Below are positions 7,701 to 14,870 of a stretch of 14,870 nt of DNA, in pieces. Below the pieces are notes generated by a model. The model searched no databases. It was not told where the DNA came from and saw only the letters and a list, made by a program, of their open reading frames with translations. The translations under genes and the position numbers were made by a program. Positions within the stretch are counted from its first letter, which is position 1. Each line of letters opens with the position of its first letter. The stretch spans positions 1-14,870 of the forward strand of contig JBHIBS010000035.1 in NCBI GenBank assembly GCA_046759165.1. The letters run 5' to 3'. Source of the DNA: a bacterium (GTDB lineage Bacteria > UBA6262 > WVXT01).

Positions 7701-8888
7701 ATGGAAGATTTGATGGTTTCAGATGAAAAATTTATTATAGGGACGTATAAGCGTTACCCGCTGGCGATTAATAGGGCTAAGGGGAAATATATCTGGTCCG
7801 AGGAAGGGAAGAAGTATCTTGACTTTTTCAGCGGTCTGGCTGTGAATAATTTAGGCCATTGCCATCCCCAAATCCTGAAGGCAATAAGGCATCAACTGTC
7901 AAAGCATCTGCATGTTTCGAATGTATACTATGATCGGCTGCAGGTTGAGCTGGCTGAGAAGTTGCTGAAATTATCTATTCCGGGCAGGATCTTTTTTTCA
8001 AACAGTGGAGCGGAAGCGAACGAGTGTGCGATAAAACTTGCCAGGAAGTATGGTCATCTGCGACGAGGGAAGCGGGGGGCCAGATACAAAATTATTGTTT
8101 TTGAGAACTCTTTCCATGGGAGAACACTGGCTACACTCTCAGCCACTAGGCAGAAAAAGTTTCAGAAAGGTTTTAGTCCTCTATTATCCGGATTTAAGCA
8201 GAGGAAGTTCAATGAGCTTTCCACAGTCGAAGATGCGATGGACAGCAATACTTGTGCTATAATGGTGGAGCCTGTTCAGGGAGAGGGGGGTGTTCGGGTT
8301 GCCACTCGGGAATTCCTCAGAGGATTACGCAGGTTATGTAATAAATTTAACCTCCTATTAATTTTTGACGAGATACAGTCAGGAATGGGTCGAACAGGGA
8401 AAATGTTTGCATATCAGCATTATGGTGTAAGTCCTGATATCCTAACTATGGCTAAGGGACTGGGTGGCGGATTACCTTTGGGTGTAACTATCGCTAAGGA
8501 TGAAATAGCTAAGCTTTTCGGATATGGTAACCATGGTTCAACCTTTGGAGGCAACCCGGTCTCCGTCGCTGCAGGACTGGCAGCAGTGAGACTACTGAAT
8601 GATAAGTTGTTGGAGAATGTGAAAGTGACAGGCAACTATTTCATGAGGCGCCTGAATGAATTAAAGTCTAAATATCCAAAGAGGATTAAGAAAGTGCGGG
8701 GATTGGGCTTGATGGTGGGGATGGAGTTGAAGGAGGAGGGAGAGGAGATTGTAAATAGGTGCTTTGAAGAAGGAATCCTTATCAATTGTACTCAGAAGAG
8801 GGTTCTGAGATTTTTACCTCCATTGATAATTAATAATACCGATATAGATAAATTAGTGAAAACTCTGGATAAAATTCTAAGTTCTTAA
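7701..8888 (+). CDS. argD: Acetylornithine aminotransferase (class III PLP)
   Basis: DFFSGLAVNNLGH, NSGAEANE, FHGRT, EPVQGEGG, DEIQSGMGRTG, AKGLGGG (PLP lysine) and HGSTFGGNP. Alternative start at ATG 7713. Confidence 0.93.
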   Translation: MEDLMVSDEKFIIGTYKRYPLAINRAKGKYIWSEEGKKYLDFFSGLAVNNLGHCHPQILKAIRHQLSKHLHVSNVYYDRLQVELAEKLLKLSIPGRIFFSNSGAEANECAIKLARKYGHLRRGKRGARYKIIVFENSFHGRTLATLSATRQKKFQKGFSPLLSGFKQRKFNELSTVEDAMDSNTCAIMVEPVQGEGGVRVATREFLRGLRRLCNKFNLLLIFDEIQSGMGRTGKMFAYQHYGVSPDILTMAKGLGGGLPLGVTIAKDEIAKLFGYGNHGSTFGGNPVSVAAGLAAVRLLNDKLLENVKVTGNYFMRRLNELKSKYPKRIKKVRGLGLMVGMELKEEGEEIVNRCFEEGILINCTQKRVLRFLPPLIINNTDIDKLVKTLDKILSS

Positions 8889-8895
8889 TAAGGAA

Positions 8896-9106
8896 GCTTT
8901 GTGGAAGGGGTCGCTGGAGCGACGAATAAGGAGCTCCGTGTTAGCGACGGGCGCGAGTTGGTGAGCGCCCCGGTTTGAGGTTTCCCCTATTGAGCACAGG
9001 CGGATTCACTTAGATAATAACCTTGTGCGGAAGGGGTGACAGAGAGCGAAGCGAACGCAATCAGGGGAAACGAAGAGTTTCCCCTATTGAGCACAGGCAG
9101 ATTCAC
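8896..9106 (+). repeat. Two tandem structured units ending in a 30-nt direct repeat (29/30 identical)
   Basis: GTTTCCCCTATTGAGCACAGGC(G/A)GATTCAC at 8980-9009 and 9077-9106. Both units begin with TTGT(GC)GGAAGGGGT (8899-8911 and 9023-9037). Hairpins lie inside each unit. Confidence 0.85.
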
Positions 9107-9119
9107 ATAAGGAGGGGCG

Positions 9120-10349
9120 ATGGAAAAGGTAAGAAGGGTCGTTCTGGCCTATTCGGGAGGACTGGACACTTCCGTAATAATTCACTGGCTGAGGCAAAAC
9201 TATGGCTGCCAAGTGATCGCCTTCGTTGCGGATTTAGGTCAGTTTGAGCTTGCCAGAAAAAGGATTCAGACGATTTCAGAGTTGAGACGAAAGGCAATAG
9301 ACGCTGGTGCTTCCAAGGTCTATGTTGGAGATTTGAAGGATGAATTTGTCCGGGATTATGTATTTCCAACCCTTCGGGCCAATGCTGTTTACGAAGGGAA
9401 GTATCTCCTATCTGCAGCACTTTCCCGCCCCCTTATTGCCAAAAAATTGGTGGAAATCGCTAAAAGAGAGAAAGCAGACACAGTTGCACATGGATGCACA
9501 GGAAAGGGAAACGACCAGGTGAGGTTTGAATTAACCTTTAAGGCATTAAATCCTAAACTGAGGATTTTAGCTCCTTTGAGAGAATGGGAGATGGTATCCC
9601 GTCAAGAGGAGGTCGAATATGCCGGGAGGTATAAGATTCCTGTCTCTGCCGGGAAAGAGAAGGCATACAGCATTGACAGTAATCTGTGGGGCGTCTGCAT
9701 TGAATGTGGACCATTGGAGGATCCCTGGAAGGAGCCTCCAGAGGATGCATATCAGATAACCACCCCTCCGGAAAGGGCACCTTCCAAGCCCATCTATTTG
9801 GATATATATTTTGAGCAAGGAATCCCCACCAGGGTGAATGGGAAGTTATTCTCGCCGGTGGAGTTAATAAAAAAGCTGAACAGAGTCGGTAGATCTCATG
9901 GGATTGGTCGCGTCGACTTGGTGGAGAATAGGGTGGTGGGAATCAAGTCCAGGGAAATTTACGAAGCTCCAGCAGCAACAATTCTATATTTAGCGCATCG
10001 GGAATTGGAGAGTTTAACACTCGATCGGGATACTTTCCATTATAAGGAATTCATTGCTCGCCGTTATGCAGAACTGGTCTACTGCGGGCTCTGGGAATCA
10101 TCGCTGAAGAAGACAATAGATGCCTTTGTTTCTGCGACTCAGAAGGGGGTTACCGGAACTGTTAGGGTGAAGCTATACAAAGGAAATCTATGGGTTGTGG
10201 CCCGGAAATCTCCTTACTCCCTCTATCAGAAGGGATTGGCTACTTATGGAACTGAAGATAAGTTTGACCGCACTGCTGCCAGGGGATTTATTGACCTCTT
10301 GGGGTTGCCTTTGGAACTCAAAGCATTGATAGATAGGGGAGGGAAGTAG
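9120..10349 (+). CDS. argG: Argininosuccinate synthase
   Basis: RBS AAGGAGG at 9109-9115. AYSGGLDTS, HGCTGKGNDQVRFE, YSIDSNLW and ENRVVGIKSREIYE motifs. Confidence 0.97.
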   Translation: MEKVRRVVLAYSGGLDTSVIIHWLRQNYGCQVIAFVADLGQFELARKRIQTISELRRKAIDAGASKVYVGDLKDEFVRDYVFPTLRANAVYEGKYLLSAALSRPLIAKKLVEIAKREKADTVAHGCTGKGNDQVRFELTFKALNPKLRILAPLREWEMVSRQEEVEYAGRYKIPVSAGKEKAYSIDSNLWGVCIECGPLEDPWKEPPEDAYQITTPPERAPSKPIYLDIYFEQGIPTRVNGKLFSPVELIKKLNRVGRSHGIGRVDLVENRVVGIKSREIYEAPAATILYLAHRELESLTLDRDTFHYKEFIARRYAELVYCGLWESSLKKTIDAFVSATQKGVTGTVRVKLYKGNLWVVARKSPYSLYQKGLATYGTEDKFDRTAARGFIDLLGLPLELKALIDRGGK

Positions 10350-10414
10350 TGCCAAAGCGAAGTTCTGCTCTATGAAATAATACAATAGTTAGCCCAAGGA
10401 ATTTGGGAGGGTTT

Positions 10415-11770
10415 ATGAAAAATAAAAATTTAAAAAAGATTGATGCTTCGAGTTTCACTGCCTCCATATCTTTCGACAGAAGATTGGCACCTTACGATAT
10501 TACTGGAAGTATTGCGCATTGTAAGATGCTGGTAAAGTGTAAAATTGTCTCCAAAAGTGAAGGAGAAAAAATTCTTAAAGCATTGAGGGAAATTAAGGAA
10601 GAAATTATTAAGGGAAAATTTAAATTTCTTTCTCCAGATGAAGATATCCATATGGCCATTGAGAGAAGATTGATTGAGAAAATAGGAGAGTCCGGAGGTA
10701 GACTTCACACTGCCAGGAGTCGCAACGACCAGATTTCCCTCGATATGAGAATGTATTTAAGAGATGAGATAGGAAGAATTTCTGGACTTATGAAGAATCT
10801 ACAGAACTCTATAGTCAAATTGTGTGAAAAGAATATGGAAGTAGTAATGCCAGGATTTACTCATCTTCAACATGCTCAGCCGGTACTTTTTTCGCACCAC
10901 TTAATGGCATATTTCTTTATGCTGAAGCGAGACAGGGAGAGATTTGAAGATTGTCTGAAGAGAGTGAATGTGCTGCCTTTGGGCGCTGGGGCTTTAGCAG
11001 GCACGAGTTTCTCGATCGATCGGGAGTTTATTGCCAGGGAATTAGGATTCTCCTCAGTTAGCGAGAACAGCATAGATACTGTCTCAGATCGCGATTTCGT
11101 AATCGAGTTTTTGTCGAGCGGTGCTCTCCTGATGATGCATCTTTCAAGGCTGGCAGAGGAATTGGTTATCTGGTCCTCGCCAGAATTCTCTTTTATCGAG
11201 ATGGATGAAGATTTCTGTACTGGCTCTTCCATTATGCCCCAGAAGAAAAATCCTGACGTTGCAGAACTCATCCGGGGGAAGACTGGTAGGATTTACGGAA
11301 ATCTCCAGTCCATCCTTACAGTAATGAAGGGCCTTCCTCTCTCTTATAATCGGGATATGCAGGAAGATAAAGAAAGCTTATTTGATACTGGGGCTACTCT
11401 GAAAAATGTCCTGGAAGTTTTATCACCACTTATATCATCGCTCAAATTGAATTCAGAAAGGATGCTCTCAGCCGCTAAACAAGGGTATTTGAATGCCACT
11501 GATGCAGCCGATTATTTAGTCAGAAAGGGAGTTCCCTTCCGAAAGGCTCATCAGATTTTAAGGAGAATTGTCCTCTACTCTATTAACAAGGGTAAGCGGC
11601 TGGAAGAGCTGAGTCTTAAGGAATTGAAGACTTTTTCGCCTCTATTTTATGAAGATTTTTTCTCTCTTATTAATATAAGGAGGTGTGTGGAGTCCCGTAA
11701 GTCTCATGGGGGCACTGCTCCCGAGGAAGTAAAGAACCAAATTAAGAAATCGAAAGTTAAGAAAAGATAA
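10415..11770 (+). CDS. argH: Argininosuccinate lyase
   Basis: GGAGG at 10406-10410 supports ATG 10415 over TTG 10403. EDIH, LHTARSRNDQ, MPGFTHLQHAQP, GSSIMPQKKNPD and YNRDMQEDKE motifs. Confidence 0.97.
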   Translation: MKNKNLKKIDASSFTASISFDRRLAPYDITGSIAHCKMLVKCKIVSKSEGEKILKALREIKEEIIKGKFKFLSPDEDIHMAIERRLIEKIGESGGRLHTARSRNDQISLDMRMYLRDEIGRISGLMKNLQNSIVKLCEKNMEVVMPGFTHLQHAQPVLFSHHLMAYFFMLKRDRERFEDCLKRVNVLPLGAGALAGTSFSIDREFIARELGFSSVSENSIDTVSDRDFVIEFLSSGALLMMHLSRLAEELVIWSSPEFSFIEMDEDFCTGSSIMPQKKNPDVAELIRGKTGRIYGNLQSILTVMKGLPLSYNRDMQEDKESLFDTGATLKNVLEVLSPLISSLKLNSERMLSAAKQGYLNATDAADYLVRKGVPFRKAHQILRRIVLYSINKGKRLEELSLKELKTFSPLFYEDFFSLINIRRCVESRKSHGGTAPEEVKNQIKKSKVKKR

Positions 11771-11771
11771 A

Positions 11772-13073
11772 ATGAGACATTTTAGTTACAGAAATGGGCA
11801 TCTCTACTGTGAGCTAGTTTCTATAGAGAAGGTAGCTGGCGAGGTTGGAACTCCTTTTTACCTCTATAGTCAGAGGACTCTTCTGGAGAATTATCGAGGT
11901 TTCGAGAGTGCTCTGGGAAAGATAAGACGCCTCGTATGTTATGCCTTTAAGGCAAACTCGAACTCTACTCTATGCAAAATTTTGGCTGAGGCGGGTAGCG
12001 GTGCTGAGGTTGCTTCGTTGGGAGAACTCAGGCAAGCTCTGGAACTGGGAGTTCCCGGGCGGAAGATTATCCTCAACGGGAATGGCAAGACAATAGAGGA
12101 AATGGAGTTAGCTATTAAGTCGAATATTTTAATGATTAATGTAGACTCATTTGAGGAATTGGTTCTACTCAATCGGGTCGCTGTGAGATTGGGGAAAAAA
12201 GCGAGAATTGCTTTAAGGATTAATCCTGATATCGAACCACATACACATCCCTATATTGCTACCGGGGTAAAGAAAGGCAAGTTTGGTTTCGAATTGGAAA
12301 GAGCAGTTGAAGGCTATAAACTGGCGAAGAGACTGGGAAATTTGGAAATCTCTGGTATTCATATGCATATCGGCTCACAGATCACAAGGATAGAGCCTTT
12401 TATCAGAGGACTGAAAAAGCTCATTACTATTTCAGATAAGCTGAAAGAGATTGGAATAAATCTTGATTATGTGAATGTGGGAGGAGGTTTGGGAATAACT
12501 TATTGGAATGAGAGACCGCCTACGCCCGCCGGTTATGCTCGTGCTTTGGTACCTCTGATTAAAAAGATTACTTCAAGGGGGATCTTTGAACCGGGAAGAG
12601 CGATAGTGGGCAATGCAGGGATTCTGGTAACTAAAGTTGTCTATATAAAGGAGATGTTCTCGAAAAAATTTGTTGTGGTTGACGCAGGGATGTCCGATTT
12701 TATCAGGCCAACTCTCTACAATGCTTACCATGAGATAAAGCCGGTTAAACTCCAGGAAGTAGCGAAAGGGAGATGGGAACTGGAAAGGCCCTCTTTTTGG
12801 CCTCCAGCTACCAGAAAGGCGATGGTGGTCGATGTGGTGGGTCCGATTTGCGAGTCGGGTGATTTTTTTGCTAAGGATAGGGCCCTGCCTAAAGTGGCTC
12901 CGGGAGAACTCTTAGCTATATTCTGTGCTGGTGCTTATGGGTTCACCATGTCTTCCAATTACAATTCTCGTTGTCGAGCTGCTGAGATTCTGGTCAGAAA
13001 AGAAAGATATGATATTATACGGGAGCGAGAGACCTATCAGGATTTAATTAAGGGTCAGGGGATAGTTGGATAA
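11772..13073 (+). CDS. lysA: Diaminopimelate decarboxylase
   Basis: Starts 1 nt after the argH stop. GTPFYLY, YAFKAN (PLP lysine), HMHIGSQI, GGG, EPGR, GPICESGD and GAYGFTMSSNYN motifs. Confidence 0.96.
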   Translation: MRHFSYRNGHLYCELVSIEKVAGEVGTPFYLYSQRTLLENYRGFESALGKIRRLVCYAFKANSNSTLCKILAEAGSGAEVASLGELRQALELGVPGRKIILNGNGKTIEEMELAIKSNILMINVDSFEELVLLNRVAVRLGKKARIALRINPDIEPHTHPYIATGVKKGKFGFELERAVEGYKLAKRLGNLEISGIHMHIGSQITRIEPFIRGLKKLITISDKLKEIGINLDYVNVGGGLGITYWNERPPTPAGYARALVPLIKKITSRGIFEPGRAIVGNAGILVTKVVYIKEMFSKKFVVVDAGMSDFIRPTLYNAYHEIKPVKLQEVAKGRWELERPSFWPPATRKAMVVDVVGPICESGDFFAKDRALPKVAPGELLAIFCAGAYGFTMSSNYNSRCRAAEILVRKERYDIIRERETYQDLIKGQGIVG

Positions 13074-13122
13074 GGGTAGGGGGACCTGCAATTTACCCCA
13101 GCTCAACGGCTGGAGGGAAGGA

Positions 13123-13962
13123 ATGGCATTGAGAAGAAGCTCGATCTCTTTTACAAAGATGGAAAGCGGGGGTAACGATTTCATAGTTATTGATAATAGG
13201 AAGAAAATGCTCCCTCGTGACCTCTCCAAACTTGCAGTTAATATCTGCCAGCGGCGTTCTTCAATTGGCGCTGATGGGTTGATCCTTCTGGAGAGAGCGG
13301 AGAAGGCCGACTACAGAATGCGAATTTTCAATCCAGATGGCAGTGAGCCCGAAATGTGTGGTAATGGTGCCAGGTGCCTTGCAAAGTTCGCATTTATTAA
13401 CGGAATTGCTTCTCCAAAGGCAATCATGGAGACTAAAGCCGGGAATGTGGGGGCATGGGTTAAAGGCAAAAAGGTGAAGGTGAGATTGAGCGCCCCCTCC
13501 GGTATAAAGATAAATTTTGAGATTTCACTCAAGCCTCGTGGCTCCCTAAAAGTAAACTTTATTAACGTAGGCGTTCCCCATGTAGTAGTTTTTGTTCCCG
13601 CCCTGGATAAGGTCAATGTGGAAAGTTTGGGACGGATGATTCGTTACCATCAAAGATTTGCTCCCTCCGGCGTGAATGTAAATTTCGTTACTTTGCAAGG
13701 GAGGAACTCCATTTATATCAGAACATATGAGCGAGGAGTAGAAACTGAGACTCCTGCTTGTGGCACGGGTGCTGTTGCTTCGGCTTTGCTCTCAGGCTTA
13801 CACGGGAAAGTATTCTCTCCTGTTCAAGTTCATACTCGAGGCGGGCAGACCTTAAAAGTAGAATATGTAATAAAAAAAGATGTGGGGGTAATGGAAAAGT
13901 TCAAAGGCGTTTGGCTTGAGGGAGAAGTCAGAGTAGTTTATAAAGGGGAGGTAGAGGCTTAA
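13123..13962 (+). CDS. dapF: Diaminopimelate epimerase
   Basis: GGAGG at 13112-13116 supports ATG 13123. FTKM...GNDF, IGADG, N.DGS..EMCGNG.RC, VGVPH, NVNF and RTYERGVE.ET.ACGTG motifs, with both catalytic cysteines present. Confidence 0.95.
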   Translation: MALRRSSISFTKMESGGNDFIVIDNRKKMLPRDLSKLAVNICQRRSSIGADGLILLERAEKADYRMRIFNPDGSEPEMCGNGARCLAKFAFINGIASPKAIMETKAGNVGAWVKGKKVKVRLSAPSGIKINFEISLKPRGSLKVNFINVGVPHVVVFVPALDKVNVESLGRMIRYHQRFAPSGVNVNFVTLQGRNSIYIRTYERGVETETPACGTGAVASALLSGLHGKVFSPVQVHTRGGQTLKVEYVIKKDVGVMEKFKGVWLEGEVRVVYKGEVEA

Positions 13963-13988
13963 AAATTGGAATGGAGGAGGATGCGAGG

Positions 13989-14861
13989 ATGTTCTCGGGT
14001 TCCTATGTTGCACTGGTAACGCCGTTTAAGAATAATCAGGTTGATGTAGAGAAGCTTAAAGAACTGGTTGAGTTTCATGTTAAGAAAGGCACATCAGGCA
14101 TTGTTCCCTGTGGAACCACGGGAGAAGCGCCAACTCTTTCGCATGAGGAGCACAGGTTAGTCATTGAGAGTGTGGTTAAGGCAGTCAATCGACGTATAGA
14201 AGTTATTGCGGGCACGGGTTCCAATAACACAACAGAGGCAATTGAACTGACCCGATTTGCTAGGGAAGTGGGAGCTGATGGATGTTTGGTGATTACGCCA
14301 TATTATAATAAGCCAACCCAGAATGGTCTCTATTTACATTTCAAACAGATTTCCGAAACTGTGGATCTCCCTATTGTTATGTATAATGTCCCAGGGCGAA
14401 CTGGCATCAACATGCTTCCCTCCACTGTGGCGAAATTGGCTAAGATTAAGAATATCGTGGGATTGAAAGAAGCCAGTGGCAATATTAGTCAGGTAAGCCA
14501 GATTGTGAGGGATTGTGGAGAAGATTTCGATGTCCTTTCCGGAGATGATGCTATGACTTTCCCCATCCTGGCTGTTGGTGGCAAAGGTGTAATTTCCGTA
14601 GTGGCCAATGTTGTACCAGGGGAGTTAGCAGATCTTGTGGAAGCCTTTAACAGAGGAGATATTAAGAAAGCCAGGGAGATACACTTGAAGATGTTTGCTC
14701 TCTTCGGTGCTATGTTTTATGAGACAAACCCCATTCCTGTGAAGACAGCGATGAGCCTCAAGGGGATGATTTCTGACGAGATCAGGTTACCTCTATGTAA
14801 GATGTCTGATGAAAATCTGGGAAAGTTAAAGACCGTACTGAGAAAGTATAAACTCATCTGA
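13989..14861 (+). CDS. dapA: 4-hydroxy-tetrahydrodipicolinate synthase
   Basis: GGAGGAGG at 13973-13980 supports ATG 13989. ALVTPF, GTTGE, AGTGSN.T, PYYNKP, YNVPGRT, GLKEAS (Schiff-base lysine), SGDD and TNPIPVK motifs. Confidence 0.96.
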   Translation: MFSGSYVALVTPFKNNQVDVEKLKELVEFHVKKGTSGIVPCGTTGEAPTLSHEEHRLVIESVVKAVNRRIEVIAGTGSNNTTEAIELTRFAREVGADGCLVITPYYNKPTQNGLYLHFKQISETVDLPIVMYNVPGRTGINMLPSTVAKLAKIKNIVGLKEASGNISQVSQIVRDCGEDFDVLSGDDAMTFPILAVGGKGVISVVANVVPGELADLVEAFNRGDIKKAREIHLKMFALFGAMFYETNPIPVKTAMSLKGMISDEIRLPLCKMSDENLGKLKTVLRKYKLI

Positions 14862-14870
14862 GCGGAATTC

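Noticed and set aside
7511..7726. 71-aa ORF MSDCFTSFAMT...
   Set aside because: It is a translation of the repeat right arms and runs across the argD promoter, so it is most likely spurious.
8053..8086. Basic segment HLRRGKRGARY in ArgD, and a few extra residues after DLGQ in ArgG, as further repeat insertions
   Set aside because: Both are naturally variable loops, and only about 5 bp of complementarity is visible, which is insufficient.
8980..9106. Two 30-nt repeats starting GTTTCCCC as a CRISPR mini-array
   Set aside because: Only two copies, a 67-nt spacer that is itself structured and shares motifs with the flank, and no cas gene or AT-rich leader.
8889..9119. Known riboswitch or T-box (lysine, glycine, guanidine) before argG
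   Set aside because: No T-box GGTGG.ACC sequence. Each unit is too short for a lysine riboswitch and lacks its core motifs. Glycine-like words (GAGAG, CGAAG, TCAGG) lack the supporting stems.
10368..10388. ArgR ARG box (ATGAAATAATACAAT) upstream of argH
   Set aside because: Poor match and wrong spacing relative to TGMATWWWWATKCA, single copy only.

Overview
Bacterial chromosomal window with every supportable gene on the + strand: an FAH-superfamily hydrolase, comEC/rec2, then an arginine/lysine biosynthesis cluster (argB ... argD-argG-argH-lysA-dapF-dapA). A 3.4-kb segment interrupts the cluster between argB and argD. It carries a three-gene cell-envelope glycosylation cassette: a GT2 ArnC/DPM-like pseudogene with two frameshifts, a small lipid-A-biosynthesis N-terminal-domain (LAB_N-like) pseudogene with three in-frame stops that the ORF track misses, and an intact ArnT/GT39-like transferase. 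Palindromic REP-like DNA brackets the cassette on both sides, and argD has its own near-consensus sigma70 promoter. argF is absent from its usual place between argD and argG. That 231-bp spacer holds two tandem structured units ending in a 30-nt near-perfect direct repeat next to the argG RBS. Other oddities are a ComEC beta-lactamase-like domain missing several metal ligands, an in-frame heptamer/palindrome insertion in lysA, and a divergent FAH active site. I see no transposase, CRISPR-Cas, tRNA or rRNA. The window is mostly housekeeping, and the best novelty candidates are the non-coding structured elements.
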